A stretch of DNA of 64,000 nt from positions 20,474-84,473 of the forward strand of contig JBAXRK010000008.1 of assembly GCA_037131245.1 (NCBI GenBank). The letters run 5' to 3'. The stretch comes from Candidatus Omnitrophota bacterium (lineage in GTDB: Bacteria > Omnitrophota > Gorgyraeia > Zapsychrales > Fredricksoniimonadaceae). Numbering within the stretch: the first letter of the stretch is position 1; every line of letters begins with the position of its first letter. The notes under the pieces are model-generated. The model was given only the letters and a program-made list of their open reading frames with translations, had not been told where the DNA came from and made no database searches. This document shows, piece after piece, positions 9,934 to 18,652 of this stretch. The position numbers and the translations under genes were made by a program.

Positions 9934-9962
9934 ATTTTAAGTCCAGAGCTATCGAAAATCAA
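9934..9962 (-). promoter_or_regulatory. candidate sigma70-type promoter for gltBD
   Basis: Minus-sense TTGATT (9962-9957), 17-nt spacer, TAAAAT (9939-9934), about 70 nt upstream of the gltB ATG. A GGAG Shine-Dalgarno precedes the ATG. Confidence 0.35.
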
Positions 9963-9971
9963 CAGTTTTTT

Positions 9972-11861
9972 CTACGAGCCCGGCTTGCGGTAATTGGGGT
10001 CGGCATAGACGGTCAGGTCCTGCGATTCAGCCGCTTTAACGAAAGGGCGCCCGTTATAAATAGCGTCGTGAGGCTTGTTCTTGGCCTGTGAATCAAGGAC
10101 CACACAAGGATGAAAGTCGCCAGCCGGATACGGAAACGCAGCCGTGGGGCCCGTGACCCCCACATGTTCAACGCGAAAGCCATCTCCCAGCAGAGCGCGC
10201 CAGATGTAATCCCAATCATCGCCGCCCAGCTTCAAGCCCACCTCGCGGCAATCCGACTTTTTAAGCAGCGCCACCACCCGGTCGGCCACCGGATACTCCC
10301 AGGCGTGCTTGCTAAAATAATTTTGTTCCCGGGAAAAACGGAACATGCTTTTTTCCGAAAAGATCCGCCGGGTATTATTAAGCAAAAGCGGATGAAGGGC
10401 CGCCATAAAAAGAATGACCACGATACCCGCCAGGAACTTTCGGGGAACAAACCGCTCCGCCGCAAAGGCCGCCAGCGGTATCGCCATGATGAATACCGGC
10501 AGGTGAAACCGGCTGATCCACGGTTGCCAACGGACCAGCACACAAAAAGCCAAAGCCTGAAACACCAGGGCTGTCCCATAAAACCAGACAGAGAGGCTCT
10601 TCCCGCGGATGAACCAGAACGCAACACTGGCGATGATCAGCAACAGCGCGTGAAGGGGGTTGGGCATATAATCTTCGTCCAGATAATACATCAGGCGGTA
10701 CGGCGTGCCGGACGTCGTCTGCGGATCAACAATATCGATCCCCGTCCCCTGATGCCACCGGATCACCGCGCCTTCGATCGCCTGGTTCCAACTCTGCCAA
10801 GGTGTTGCCAGTTGGGTGGAAAGCCCCCGCAGCGCATTCGACGCTGTTTCCAGCGGGCCAACCCGCCCCATGGTCACGGTTCCCCCGCTGTTGATCGCGG
10901 CAAAAGGATCCCGGTCGATCTGTGTCAACCGAAGGAAGAACGGCGCGCCCACAACAACGATCATCACCACCGCCAAAAGCGGCCAACCGAGCCTCCGACG
11001 GATGTCGATCCCCGGCATGATAAGCCAAACCACAAGAAATGCCCCGGCATACAATGCTCCCAGCCCTTTGGTCAAGACCGCGAGGCCAAGCGCGGCCGCC
11101 GACAAAAAAGCCCAACGGCGGGCCGGGCACGCCCGATACTTCAACAGGAAACAACCAGCCACGATCACCTGGAACGCGGACACATGATCATTCTGCGTAC
11201 TGGAGCCCTCCAGGATCCCCATGGGGAGCGTCAAAACCAGCAAAGCCGCGACGAGCTGGCCGAAACGCGATACGCCAAGGTAGGACGCCGCCAGCGATAC
11301 GCCGATCGCCGAACCCACCATCGCCGACCATTGCACCATATTGGCCAAGCGGTCACCTGAGCTAAGCACCTGCAACTGAAGGATCACATACTCGGCAAAA
11401 GGCGAATACACCAGCTGCCGGATGCTGTTCGTGGGATAGTTCATCACGCCGTGATCCTGCCGCCAGTACCCAACCCGCGACAGATGATAGGTCATGGAAT
11501 CCCAGGTATTCGGGGGCGCGTAGAGCGCGATAAATCCAACGCCAATAACAATGAACGCCGCCATGCCCAGCAAGACTTTTTCGATCAGGGTAAGCGAGAA
11601 GGCCGGACCGCGCCACGCCAAAGCCCCAGGGGAACGCGCCAGCAGAAAAGCCATGATGCTCAGGGCCAGCAACCAGAATAAAAGCAGGGAAATAAAATGA
11701 AGTTGCGTGACCGCCGTCAGGCCTTCGGTCGAAAGCACGATCAGCAAACCACTGGCGACATGAGCCGCCAGGAAACCTTCGCGTACCTCCAGGCCCCTGA
11801 GGACCAGCCAGCGCCAGAATAACATGATGAAAATAAAAGGGAGAAAAGCGAAAAAGATCAT
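9972..11861 (-). CDS. polytopic GT-C-type membrane glycosyltransferase (ArnT/PMT family-39-like)
   Basis: About 12 or more hydrophobic helices and an early periplasmic-loop motif (YAPPNTWDSMTYHLSRVGYW). It is coupled to the upstream polyprenyl-phosphate GT2. I prefer the ATG at 11861, which forms an ATGA overlap with the GT2 stop, over the ORF-track start at 11918. Confidence 0.55.
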   Translation of the reverse strand: MIFFAFLPFIFIMLFWRWLVLRGLEVREGFLAAHVASGLLIVLSTEGLTAVTQLHFISLLLFWLLALSIMAFLLARSPGALAWRGPAFSLTLIEKVLLGMAAFIVIGVGFIALYAPPNTWDSMTYHLSRVGYWRQDHGVMNYPTNSIRQLVYSPFAEYVILQLQVLSSGDRLANMVQWSAMVGSAIGVSLAASYLGVSRFGQLVAALLVLTLPMGILEGSSTQNDHVSAFQVIVAGCFLLKYRACPARRWAFLSAAALGLAVLTKGLGALYAGAFLVVWLIMPGIDIRRRLGWPLLAVVMIVVVGAPFFLRLTQIDRDPFAAINSGGTVTMGRVGPLETASNALRGLSTQLATPWQSWNQAIEGAVIRWHQGTGIDIVDPQTTSGTPYRLMYYLDEDYMPNPLHALLLIIASVAFWFIRGKSLSVWFYGTALVFQALAFCVLVRWQPWISRFHLPVFIMAIPLAAFAAERFVPRKFLAGIVVILFMAALHPLLLNNTRRIFSEKSMFRFSREQNYFSKHAWEYPVADRVVALLKKSDCREVGLKLGGDDWDYIWRALLGDGFRVEHVGVTGPTAAFPYPAGDFHPCVVLDSQAKNKPHDAIYNGRPFVKAAESQDLTVYADPNYRKPGS

Positions 11862-12550
11862 AGCCGGACGAACCGATAGTGAATGATCGCCCCGTACATT
11901 TCCAGGGCCTTGTTCCAATCGATCTTTTTTCCCTGCGCGATCGTCCGGGCCTGATACGCGATCGGTACTTCCACGATCCGCAAGCCCCGGCGCACCACCT
12001 TGGCCGATATTTCCGTCTCCAAGGCAAAATGATGCGACTCGATCTTCATATCTTTCAGATCGGCCGTGCGAAAAAGTTTAAAGCAGGTATTGATATCCGT
12101 CAGGCGAGCGCCGAACAAAAGATTAAAGGTGATATTGGAAAAAACGTTCGCCAGGCGGTTGACCGGCGCCATCGCCTCGATGCTGCCCGTGAACCGCGAC
12201 CCGTACACCACATCCGCCCGGCCATCAAGCAAAGGCCGCAACAGCACCGGATACTGGGACGGATGATATTCCAGGTCGGCATCCTGGATAAGCACCAGGT
12301 TGCCCGTCACCTCGGCCAGGCCCCGGCGGATCGCGCCCGCCTTGCCCTGATTCGCCTGATGGATGACGCGCACGAAGCGGTCGCCATCAAAACGGCCCAG
12401 CGCGCCGGCCGTGCCGTCCGTTGAACCGTCATTGACCACAACGACCTCAAGGGCCAGTCCGTCAGGGAGCTGAACCGCCTTGACCGTATTGATCAACTCC
12501 ACCACCGTCCGGACTTCATTGTAGGCCGGGATGATCACCGAAAGTTTCAC
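11858..12550 (-). CDS. family 2 glycosyltransferase, polyprenol-phosphate sugar synthase-like (Dpm1/ArnC-like)
   Basis: KLSVIIPAYNE..VVVVNDGSTDGT..LIQDADLEYHP is typical of GT2 DPM-synthase-like enzymes. GTG start overlaps the nadE stop (GTGA). Confidence 0.8.
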   Translation of the reverse strand: MKLSVIIPAYNEVRTVVELINTVKAVQLPDGLALEVVVVNDGSTDGTAGALGRFDGDRFVRVIHQANQGKAGAIRRGLAEVTGNLVLIQDADLEYHPSQYPVLLRPLLDGRADVVYGSRFTGSIEAMAPVNRLANVFSNITFNLLFGARLTDINTCFKLFRTADLKDMKIESHHFALETEISAKVVRRGLRIVEVPIAYQARTIAQGKKIDWNKALEMYGAIIHYRFVRL

Positions 12551-14163
12551 TGGGTCGCCTCATACCGGTTGGTCAGCGGAAGGCGCCAATCTTTGCCAAA
12601 AGCCCGCTTGGATATCTTCACGCCCGGAGGAGCCTGGCGTCGCTTATATTCACTCTTATCGACCAGCGCCACCACTCTGCGGGCAATGGCCTTGTTGCGG
12701 CAGGCCCGGCCCATTTCGCCAAGCGACGCGTGCTGTTCCACATACAAGCCCAGCAAGCCATCAAGGAGCGGATAAGGCGGCAGGGAATCCTGGTCTTTCT
12801 GGCCGGGCTTCAACTCCGCCGAAGGCGCGCGGGCAATGATCGAGCGCGGAATGACCTCGCGGCCGTCCCGGGCATTAATAAACTCGGAAAGCTCATACAC
12901 CTTGGTCTTAAAAATATCCTTGATCACCGCGTACCCGCCCGACATATCACCGTAAAGGGTGCAGTACCCCGTCGCCATCTCGCTTTTGTTCCCTGTTGTC
13001 AAGACCAGCCAGCCGAACTTGTTGGAAAATGACATCAACAGGTTGCCCCGGATGCGGGCCTGCAGGTTTTCCTCGGCTAGCCCGGAAGGCGTGCCCTTAA
13101 AATAAGGAGCGAGCGTTCTCATAAAAGCGCCGAGCACCGGCTCGATCGGGATCTCATGAAAAGCCACGCCAAGGTTCCTGGCCAGGCGCCGGGCATCCTG
13201 GCGCGTCGCTTTGGCGTTAAACCGGGTCGGCATGGAAATGCACACCACATTCTCTTTGCCGACCGCGTCGACCGCGATCGCCGCGACCAACGCGGAATCA
13301 ATGCCGCCGGACAAGCCGATCAGCACCTTTTTAAACCCGTTCTTACAAATATAATCACGCGTTCCCAACAGGACAGCCTGGTACATTTCCGCGACCGGTG
13401 TTAGCGGCTCCGGCAAGGCTGGAGCCGCATTGGCGGGAAGATCGACCAGCACCAGGTCCTCGCGGAACTGCGCGCCGGCCGCAAGCAAACGCCCGCGTTC
13501 ATCAACCGCCAGGCTGGCACCGTCGAAAACAAGCTCATCCTGGCCGCCCACCACATTAACATACGCGATCACCGCGCCGGTCTCGCGCGCGCGGCGGGCC
13601 AGCAACCGGGCCCGTTCGGCCCGTTTACCGGTCTCATAAGGAGAACTGGAAATATTCACAATGATGGATGCGCCCGCCTTCGCTTGCGCTTTAAAGACGC
13701 CGCCGTCCACCCAAATATCCTCGCAGATGTTGACCGCCACTTTCCGGCCTTTGAGCGTCAAGAGCTTAAAGCCGCGTCCGGGCAAGAAATACCTCTTCTC
13801 GTCAAAAACACTGTAATTAGGGAGCGCGTGCTTGCGGTAAACATCCCGCACTTTCCCGCCGGATATGACCGCAGCCGCATTATAAAGCTCTCCCTTGGGG
13901 CCACGGTCCACGAAGCCCACCACCGCCGTAATGCCACGCACCCGGCGGGCGATCGCCGCCAGGCTTTTTAAATTCCCATTGATGAAATGATCCTTGAACA
14001 GCAGGTCCTCCGGCGGATAACCGGTGGTGGTCAGCTCCGGAAAAGCCACCAGGTCCGCCCCCAGCTCCCGGGCACGGCTGCACGCGTCAAAGATCTTATG
14101 GGCATTGCCCTGCAGGTCGCCAACCGTCGTGTTGATCTGGGCCAGCGCGATACGGATCCTCAT
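12547..14163 (-). CDS. nadE: glutamine-dependent NAD+ synthetase
   Basis: N-terminal CN-hydrolase domain (IALAQINTTVGD..FPEL..NICEDIW) plus a C-terminal NAD synthetase domain with the SGGIDS P-loop. I prefer the start at 14163 (MRIRIALAQ), which makes an ATGA overlap with the upstream stop. Confidence 0.9.
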   Translation of the reverse strand: MRIRIALAQINTTVGDLQGNAHKIFDACSRARELGADLVAFPELTTTGYPPEDLLFKDHFINGNLKSLAAIARRVRGITAVVGFVDRGPKGELYNAAAVISGGKVRDVYRKHALPNYSVFDEKRYFLPGRGFKLLTLKGRKVAVNICEDIWVDGGVFKAQAKAGASIIVNISSSPYETGKRAERARLLARRARETGAVIAYVNVVGGQDELVFDGASLAVDERGRLLAAGAQFREDLVLVDLPANAAPALPEPLTPVAEMYQAVLLGTRDYICKNGFKKVLIGLSGGIDSALVAAIAVDAVGKENVVCISMPTRFNAKATRQDARRLARNLGVAFHEIPIEPVLGAFMRTLAPYFKGTPSGLAEENLQARIRGNLLMSFSNKFGWLVLTTGNKSEMATGYCTLYGDMSGGYAVIKDIFKTKVYELSEFINARDGREVIPRSIIARAPSAELKPGQKDQDSLPPYPLLDGLLGLYVEQHASLGEMGRACRNKAIARRVVALVDKSEYKRRQAPPGVKISKRAFGKDWRLPLTNRYEATQ

Positions 14164-14852
14164 TTTTGTCTCATCACCTTCAGAAAGTTTTCGCACAACC
14201 TGTTGCCGTTACGATGGAATTCTACTTTCACGGCAGCATACCGCGCCAGCATGGCTTCGCGCTCGAGGCGCTTTCTCTCAGAAAAATCTGCCGACCAATC
14301 GCGGATGCTGATATCCGTTATCTCGGAATGGAACTGCAACCCATACGCCTTCGCCCCGTAGCGAAAAGCCTGGACGGGGCAGGCCTCTGACGAAGCCAGG
14401 AGCACCGCGCCATCGGGGGGGGCGCACATATCGCCGTGCCATTGATAAACCTCAAGCGGATCCGGCAAGCCGGCGAAGAGTGGATCCTTCTTTCCCTCCG
14501 CGGTGAGGTCAACCGTGAACCAGCCGATCTCTTTCCGCGGTGAGCGAACAACTTTCCCACCGGAGGCTTTGGCCAATAACTGGGCGCCCAGGCAGATCCC
14601 CAGGACCGGGACCCCTTCGGCCAGAACTTTTTTCAGGAACACATCTTCATCTTTTAAGAACGGATACTGATCTTCTTCGTACACATTCATCGGCCCGCCG
14701 AGCGGAACAACCGCGTCGATCCCCCGCGGATCGTCCGGCAAGGCATCGCCAGCGTGCAAATTCAGGACCTTAAGCTGAAAGCCTTTATCGATAAAAAAGC
14801 TGCCCAGCGTCTCGGGCCCTTCGATCTCGATATGCTTAATGAACAGAATCAT
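14160..14852 (-). CDS. class I glutamine amidotransferase-like protein
   Basis: GICLGAQLLA nucleophile elbow and a QFHSE histidine motif. 230 aa. Confidence 0.75.
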   Translation of the reverse strand: MILFIKHIEIEGPETLGSFFIDKGFQLKVLNLHAGDALPDDPRGIDAVVPLGGPMNVYEEDQYPFLKDEDVFLKKVLAEGVPVLGICLGAQLLAKASGGKVVRSPRKEIGWFTVDLTAEGKKDPLFAGLPDPLEVYQWHGDMCAPPDGAVLLASSEACPVQAFRYGAKAYGLQFHSEITDISIRDWSADFSERKRLEREAMLARYAAVKVEFHRNGNRLCENFLKVMRQK

Positions 14853-14886
14853 AGCATAATGCCTTTCTAGATAAAGAGAATATTGT

Positions 14887-15043
14887 CTTGGCCCTGTGCT
14901 TTTGGTGGAGGCATATCATCGTCTGCTCAGACAGCACGTCCATCCCTTTCTAATAGGGATTGAAGGATGGCCGTGAACTCGCATCCGACGATATGCCTCC
15001 ACCTTTAACGCAAAGGGCCCAAGCACTTTATGTACTTGAGCCC
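14887..15043 (-). other. candidate structured RNA element with two mutually exclusive helices
   Basis: A long imperfect rod, 14887-15023, whose core is GGTGGAGGCATATC / GATATGCCTCCACC with base CTTGG.CCCT / AGGG.CCAAG. A 12-bp hairpin at 15015-15043 shares the GGGCCCAAG segment with the rod base. That hairpin needs two G-U pairs that exist only in the minus-sense transcript. Confidence 0.3.
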
Positions 15044-15111
15044 TATGGTTTTCTTAACACATTGATCTTACGAGACCTCTGAGACTGCTCTTACACAGGC
15101 CTCTGAGACCT

Positions 15112-17208
15112 TTAATATAAAAACAGCATCTCAGCGTACGTCGGGAGCGGCCAGAGATCAGCCGGCACCAACGCTTCAAGATCGTCAGCCGCCGCGCGGG
15201 TCTGGATCATGGCCGCTTTCATCTTGTCGGTACAATGGCATTCAATGGACGCTTCCAGCGCCTTGATGCCCGCGGCAAGTTCATCCGCCAGCTTACTGAC
15301 CTGGTCTAAGACGTCCTTCGCGGCAACAGCCTTGGAACCGGCCTCATCGACCGCTTTCACCGTCGACGCCAGCACCGCCTGATACTCGACCACGGCCGGG
15401 AAGATCTGGGTGGCCGCGATGGTCCGGGCGCATTCAGCCTCGTAGGACAGGACGCTCTTGTAGTTATGCATGTAGATCTCATAACGGGACAGGAGCTCTT
15501 TTCTCGACAGAACGGAATACTTCTCGAAGAGCTTAACGGTCTTTTCATCTTCCAGGATCTTAAGCGCTTCAGGCGTGGTCTTAAAGTTCGGCAAGCCGCG
15601 TTTGGCCGCTTCTTTATGCCACTCTTCAGTATAATTATCACCGTTGAACAGCACGCGCTTATGCTTTTTGATGATCGCCTGCAGGACCGCCTGAAGCGAC
15701 TTGTTGAAGTTCTTCTTCTCCTTAACATCCGCTTCGAGCTGGGTGCACATCTCATCGATGGCCGCGGCCACGATGGTATTGAGCGCCACGTTCGCACCCG
15801 ACGGGCTCATGTTGGAGCCAAGCGCGCGGAACTCGAACTTGTTGCCGGTGAACGCGAACGGGGAGGTGCGATTACGATCGGTGGCATCTCTCGGAAGGGT
15901 CGGGATCACGTCCACGCCGATCTGGATCACGCCGCCGCTCTTGGCCGTCTTGGCCTCGCCGCTTTCAAGCTGCTCGATGATATCCGTCAGCTGGTCGCCC
16001 AGGAACACGGAGATGATCGCCGGAGGAGCTTCATTAGCGCCCAGGCGGTGGTCATTGCCGGGAGTCGCGACCGTCGCGCGCAGGAGCGCCGCGTTCTCGT
16101 CGACCGCCTTGATGATCGCGCACAGCGTGAACAGGAACTTCGCGTTCTCATGCGGATTGGAACCCGGATGCAACCAGTTCTTGCCGTCCGTACCGACGAC
16201 CGACCAGTTATTATGCTTACCGCTGCCGTTGACGCCGGCGAACGGCTTCTCATGGAGCAGGCAAACCAGGCCATGCTTATCGGCGATCTGCTTCATCACA
16301 TCCATGCACATCATGTTATGGTCGACAGCGAGGTTGAGGCGCTCGTAAATAGGCGCGATCTCGAACTGCGCGGGCGCCACTTCATTATGGCGGGTCTTGG
16401 AGGGCATGCCCAGCTTCCAGAGGGTCTGGTCGAGCTCTTCCATGAACGCCAGGATACGCGGGCGGATAGCGCCGAAATAATGATCTTCCATCTGCTGATG
16501 GCGGGCCGGCTTGCTCCCGAAGAGCGTACGGCCGGTCTGCACCAGGTCGAGGCGCTGTTCGTAGAACGACTTGTCGATCAGGAAATATTCCTGCTCGGGT
16601 CCGAGAGTGGCATACGCCTTGGTGACGGCCTTGACGCCGAAGAGCTTGCCAGCGCGATCCATCTGCTTGGCCAGTGCCGCGATCGAGCGGAGCAAAGGCG
16701 CCTTCTTGTCGAGCGCTTCACCATGATAACCGCAGAAAATAGTCGGAATACAAAGGGTCGCACCCTCCGCGCCTTCTTTAATGAAAGCGGGGCTGGTAGG
16801 ATCCCAGGCCGTATAACCACGCGCTTCGAACGTGGCGCGCAAACCACCCGAAGGGAACGAAGACGCATCCGGCTCACCCTGGATCAACTCTTTAGCGGAA
16901 AATTCCATCTTGACGCCGCCCTGGCCATCGGGAGAAATGAAGGAATCGTGCTTCTCGGCCGTGGTGCCGGTGAGCGGCTGGAACCAATGGCAGAAATGAG
17001 TAGCACCCTTGGACACAGCCCAATCCTTCATGGCACCAGCAACTTCCGTCGCAATGGCCGGATCCAGCGCGCCGCCATCATTCATCGTTTTCTTGATGGA
17101 TTCAAAAGCTTTCTTGGACAAGACCTTCTGCATAACATTAAGACCGAAAACATTCTCGCCATACATGGCTTCAACCGCGCTGACCACTTTCTTGCTCTTT
17201 GCTGCCAT
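15112..17208 (-). CDS. glnN: glutamine synthetase type III
   Basis: About 700 aa, GSIII-type length and N-terminus (AVEAMYGENVFGLNVMQKVLSKKAF), with a GS catalytic core (HEKPFAGVNGSGKHNNWS). I prefer the ATG at 17208, which is preceded by AGGAGG and a 5-nt spacer. Confidence 0.9.
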   Translation of the reverse strand: MAAKSKKVVSAVEAMYGENVFGLNVMQKVLSKKAFESIKKTMNDGGALDPAIATEVAGAMKDWAVSKGATHFCHWFQPLTGTTAEKHDSFISPDGQGGVKMEFSAKELIQGEPDASSFPSGGLRATFEARGYTAWDPTSPAFIKEGAEGATLCIPTIFCGYHGEALDKKAPLLRSIAALAKQMDRAGKLFGVKAVTKAYATLGPEQEYFLIDKSFYEQRLDLVQTGRTLFGSKPARHQQMEDHYFGAIRPRILAFMEELDQTLWKLGMPSKTRHNEVAPAQFEIAPIYERLNLAVDHNMMCMDVMKQIADKHGLVCLLHEKPFAGVNGSGKHNNWSVVGTDGKNWLHPGSNPHENAKFLFTLCAIIKAVDENAALLRATVATPGNDHRLGANEAPPAIISVFLGDQLTDIIEQLESGEAKTAKSGGVIQIGVDVIPTLPRDATDRNRTSPFAFTGNKFEFRALGSNMSPSGANVALNTIVAAAIDEMCTQLEADVKEKKNFNKSLQAVLQAIIKKHKRVLFNGDNYTEEWHKEAAKRGLPNFKTTPEALKILEDEKTVKLFEKYSVLSRKELLSRYEIYMHNYKSVLSYEAECARTIAATQIFPAVVEYQAVLASTVKAVDEAGSKAVAAKDVLDQVSKLADELAAGIKALEASIECHCTDKMKAAMIQTRAAADDLEALVPADLWPLPTYAEMLFLY

Positions 17209-17226
17209 AAAAACCTCCTGTTTGTT

Positions 17227-17272
17227 AAAAGAAAAAGCCCTCAACCGAAAAGATCATTTTCGAAAGAGGACT
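17227..17272 (-). terminator. intrinsic terminator inside the glnN 5' leader
   Basis: Minus-sense AGTCCTCTTTCGAAAA-TGATC-TTTTCGGTTGAGGGCT followed by TTTTTCTTTT. It lies between the promoter and the glnN Shine-Dalgarno. Confidence 0.55.
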
Positions 17273-17326
17273 TCAATGCCCTGCTTCAGTCATTGTGAAA
17301 GCCAAAAAGCTTTCGAATATTGAAAA

Positions 17327-17355
17327 AGTATATACGCTGAAAAAAAACTTGTCAA
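17327..17355 (-). promoter_or_regulatory. sigma70-type promoter for glnN
   Basis: Minus-sense TTGACA (17355-17350), 17-nt spacer, TATACT (17332-17327). Confidence 0.55.
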
Positions 17356-17386
17356 CTTAAAAAAACTGCCGGAAAAAACCTGAAAA

Positions 17387-18610
17387 TCAGGCCGCTTTCT
17401 GGAAATCCACCATCAGCAGGATCGACTCCGCGATGTCTTTCATCGACTTGCAGGAATCCATGCTCTTGCGGTGGATCATCTTGTACGCCGCTTCTTCCGA
17501 AAGGCCATTCATCTTCATCAAGGCTCCCTTGGCACGCTCCACCAGCTTGCGGGTCTCGAGCGCTTCCTTGGCCTTAAGGGCTTCTTCCATCCAACGGGTG
17601 TTCTCCACCGCCGCGGCCGCCTGGTTGGCCACTAGCTGCAGGACGCCGATCTCATCCGACGTGAACGTGTGCGGCTCTTTAGTGTAAACATTGATGACGC
17701 CGATCGCCTTTTCCTTGGCGATCATCGGCACGGCCACCATGGTGCTCAAACCTTCCTTCACCGCCAGGTCGCGGTAAAAATACCGCTTTTCCTTGCGGAC
17801 ATCCTCCACGATCAACGGGCGCAGGGTCTTGATGACTTCTCCCGTCAAACTGGCGTCAACTTTCAAATTCGGCTTCTTCTTGTAATCATCGCTCAGGCTT
17901 TGCGTGGCCTTAATGACCAGCTCGGTGCCCTTGGCATCAAGCAGCATGACGGAACAGATCTTGGAATTAAGCATCTCGGCGGTCACGATCACGATCAGGC
18001 TAAGGATCTCATCGAGATATTTTTCAGAGGTGATCGACTGGCTGACCTTCACCAAACTGTCGAACTGCAGCGCTTTCTGCTTGATCTCCCCGAACAAACG
18101 GGCATGTTCGACCACGCCACCCAACTGGCGGGCGGCCATATTCATCAGATTAACAACGCTGACAGGAAATTCGTATGGCTTCTTGTGCTGAAGATTGATA
18201 ACGCCGATGGCCTTTCCCTTATAAACGATAGGCAGAGCCAGAAAAGCCTCATAACGATCTTCAGGCAACACATCGAACGCTTTAAAACGCGGATCAGCGT
18301 AGGCCTTCGCCGGAATCGCCAGCGGCTTAACGTTCTTCGCTACCCAACCGGTCAAACCCTCACCGACCTTAAGCGTCACCTGCCCCAATTCCTTCTTATG
18401 CGGGGTTTTGGACGCGCACATCACCAGGTTCTTGTGGGAGGCATCAAAAAGATAAACAAAGGCCGAATCCGCGGGCGTGATGGCGAGCGCCACCTTGATG
18501 ATCTCACTAAGCACGCCATCGAGCTCAAGCTCGGAAGTTGTGATCTCAACGATCTGGCGTAAAATGGTCAGTTCATCTTTTGAAGAAAGCTGGGCTTTGA
18601 CTTTGGGCAT
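17387..18610 (-). CDS. GAF-GAF-ANTAR RNA-binding antiterminator-type regulator
   Basis: Two GAF-like halves (..VYLFD..LVMCAS..GEGLTGWVA.. and ..SVMLLD..LVIKAT..). The C-terminus is ANTAR-like (LETRKLVERAKGALMKMNGLSEEAAYKMIHRKSMDSCKSMKDIAESIL). Confidence 0.75.
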   Translation of the reverse strand: MPKVKAQLSSKDELTILRQIVEITTSELELDGVLSEIIKVALAITPADSAFVYLFDASHKNLVMCASKTPHKKELGQVTLKVGEGLTGWVAKNVKPLAIPAKAYADPRFKAFDVLPEDRYEAFLALPIVYKGKAIGVINLQHKKPYEFPVSVVNLMNMAARQLGGVVEHARLFGEIKQKALQFDSLVKVSQSITSEKYLDEILSLIVIVTAEMLNSKICSVMLLDAKGTELVIKATQSLSDDYKKKPNLKVDASLTGEVIKTLRPLIVEDVRKEKRYFYRDLAVKEGLSTMVAVPMIAKEKAIGVINVYTKEPHTFTSDEIGVLQLVANQAAAAVENTRWMEEALKAKEALETRKLVERAKGALMKMNGLSEEAAYKMIHRKSMDSCKSMKDIAESILLMVDFQKAA

Positions 18611-18652
18611 CGACGACTCCGTATAATGTCTATTGGAATTTAAGAGAGTATA

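Noticed and set aside
14887-15043. Calling the structured element a glutamine riboswitch, SRP/4.5S RNA, tRNA or plain terminator.
   Set aside because: I cannot find the conserved glutamine-aptamer core as I recall it. There is no GNRA tetraloop or SRP helix-8 motif, no cloverleaf, and no U-tract after the helices. It stays an unassigned candidate.
17273-17326. Assigning a canonical ANTAR dual-hexaloop binding site in the glnN leader.
   Set aside because: One hairpin has a 6-nt loop (UUUUUG), but neither candidate loop shows the reported A1/G4 pattern. Only the promoter, terminator and alternative pairings are claimed.
17373-17391. The small hairpin CCTGA-TTT-TCAGG followed by TTTTTT at the end of the ANTAR regulator gene, considered as a terminator.
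   Set aside because: The stem is only 5 bp and overlaps the stop codon, which is too weak to list as a feature. It may still contribute to insulating the glnN promoter.
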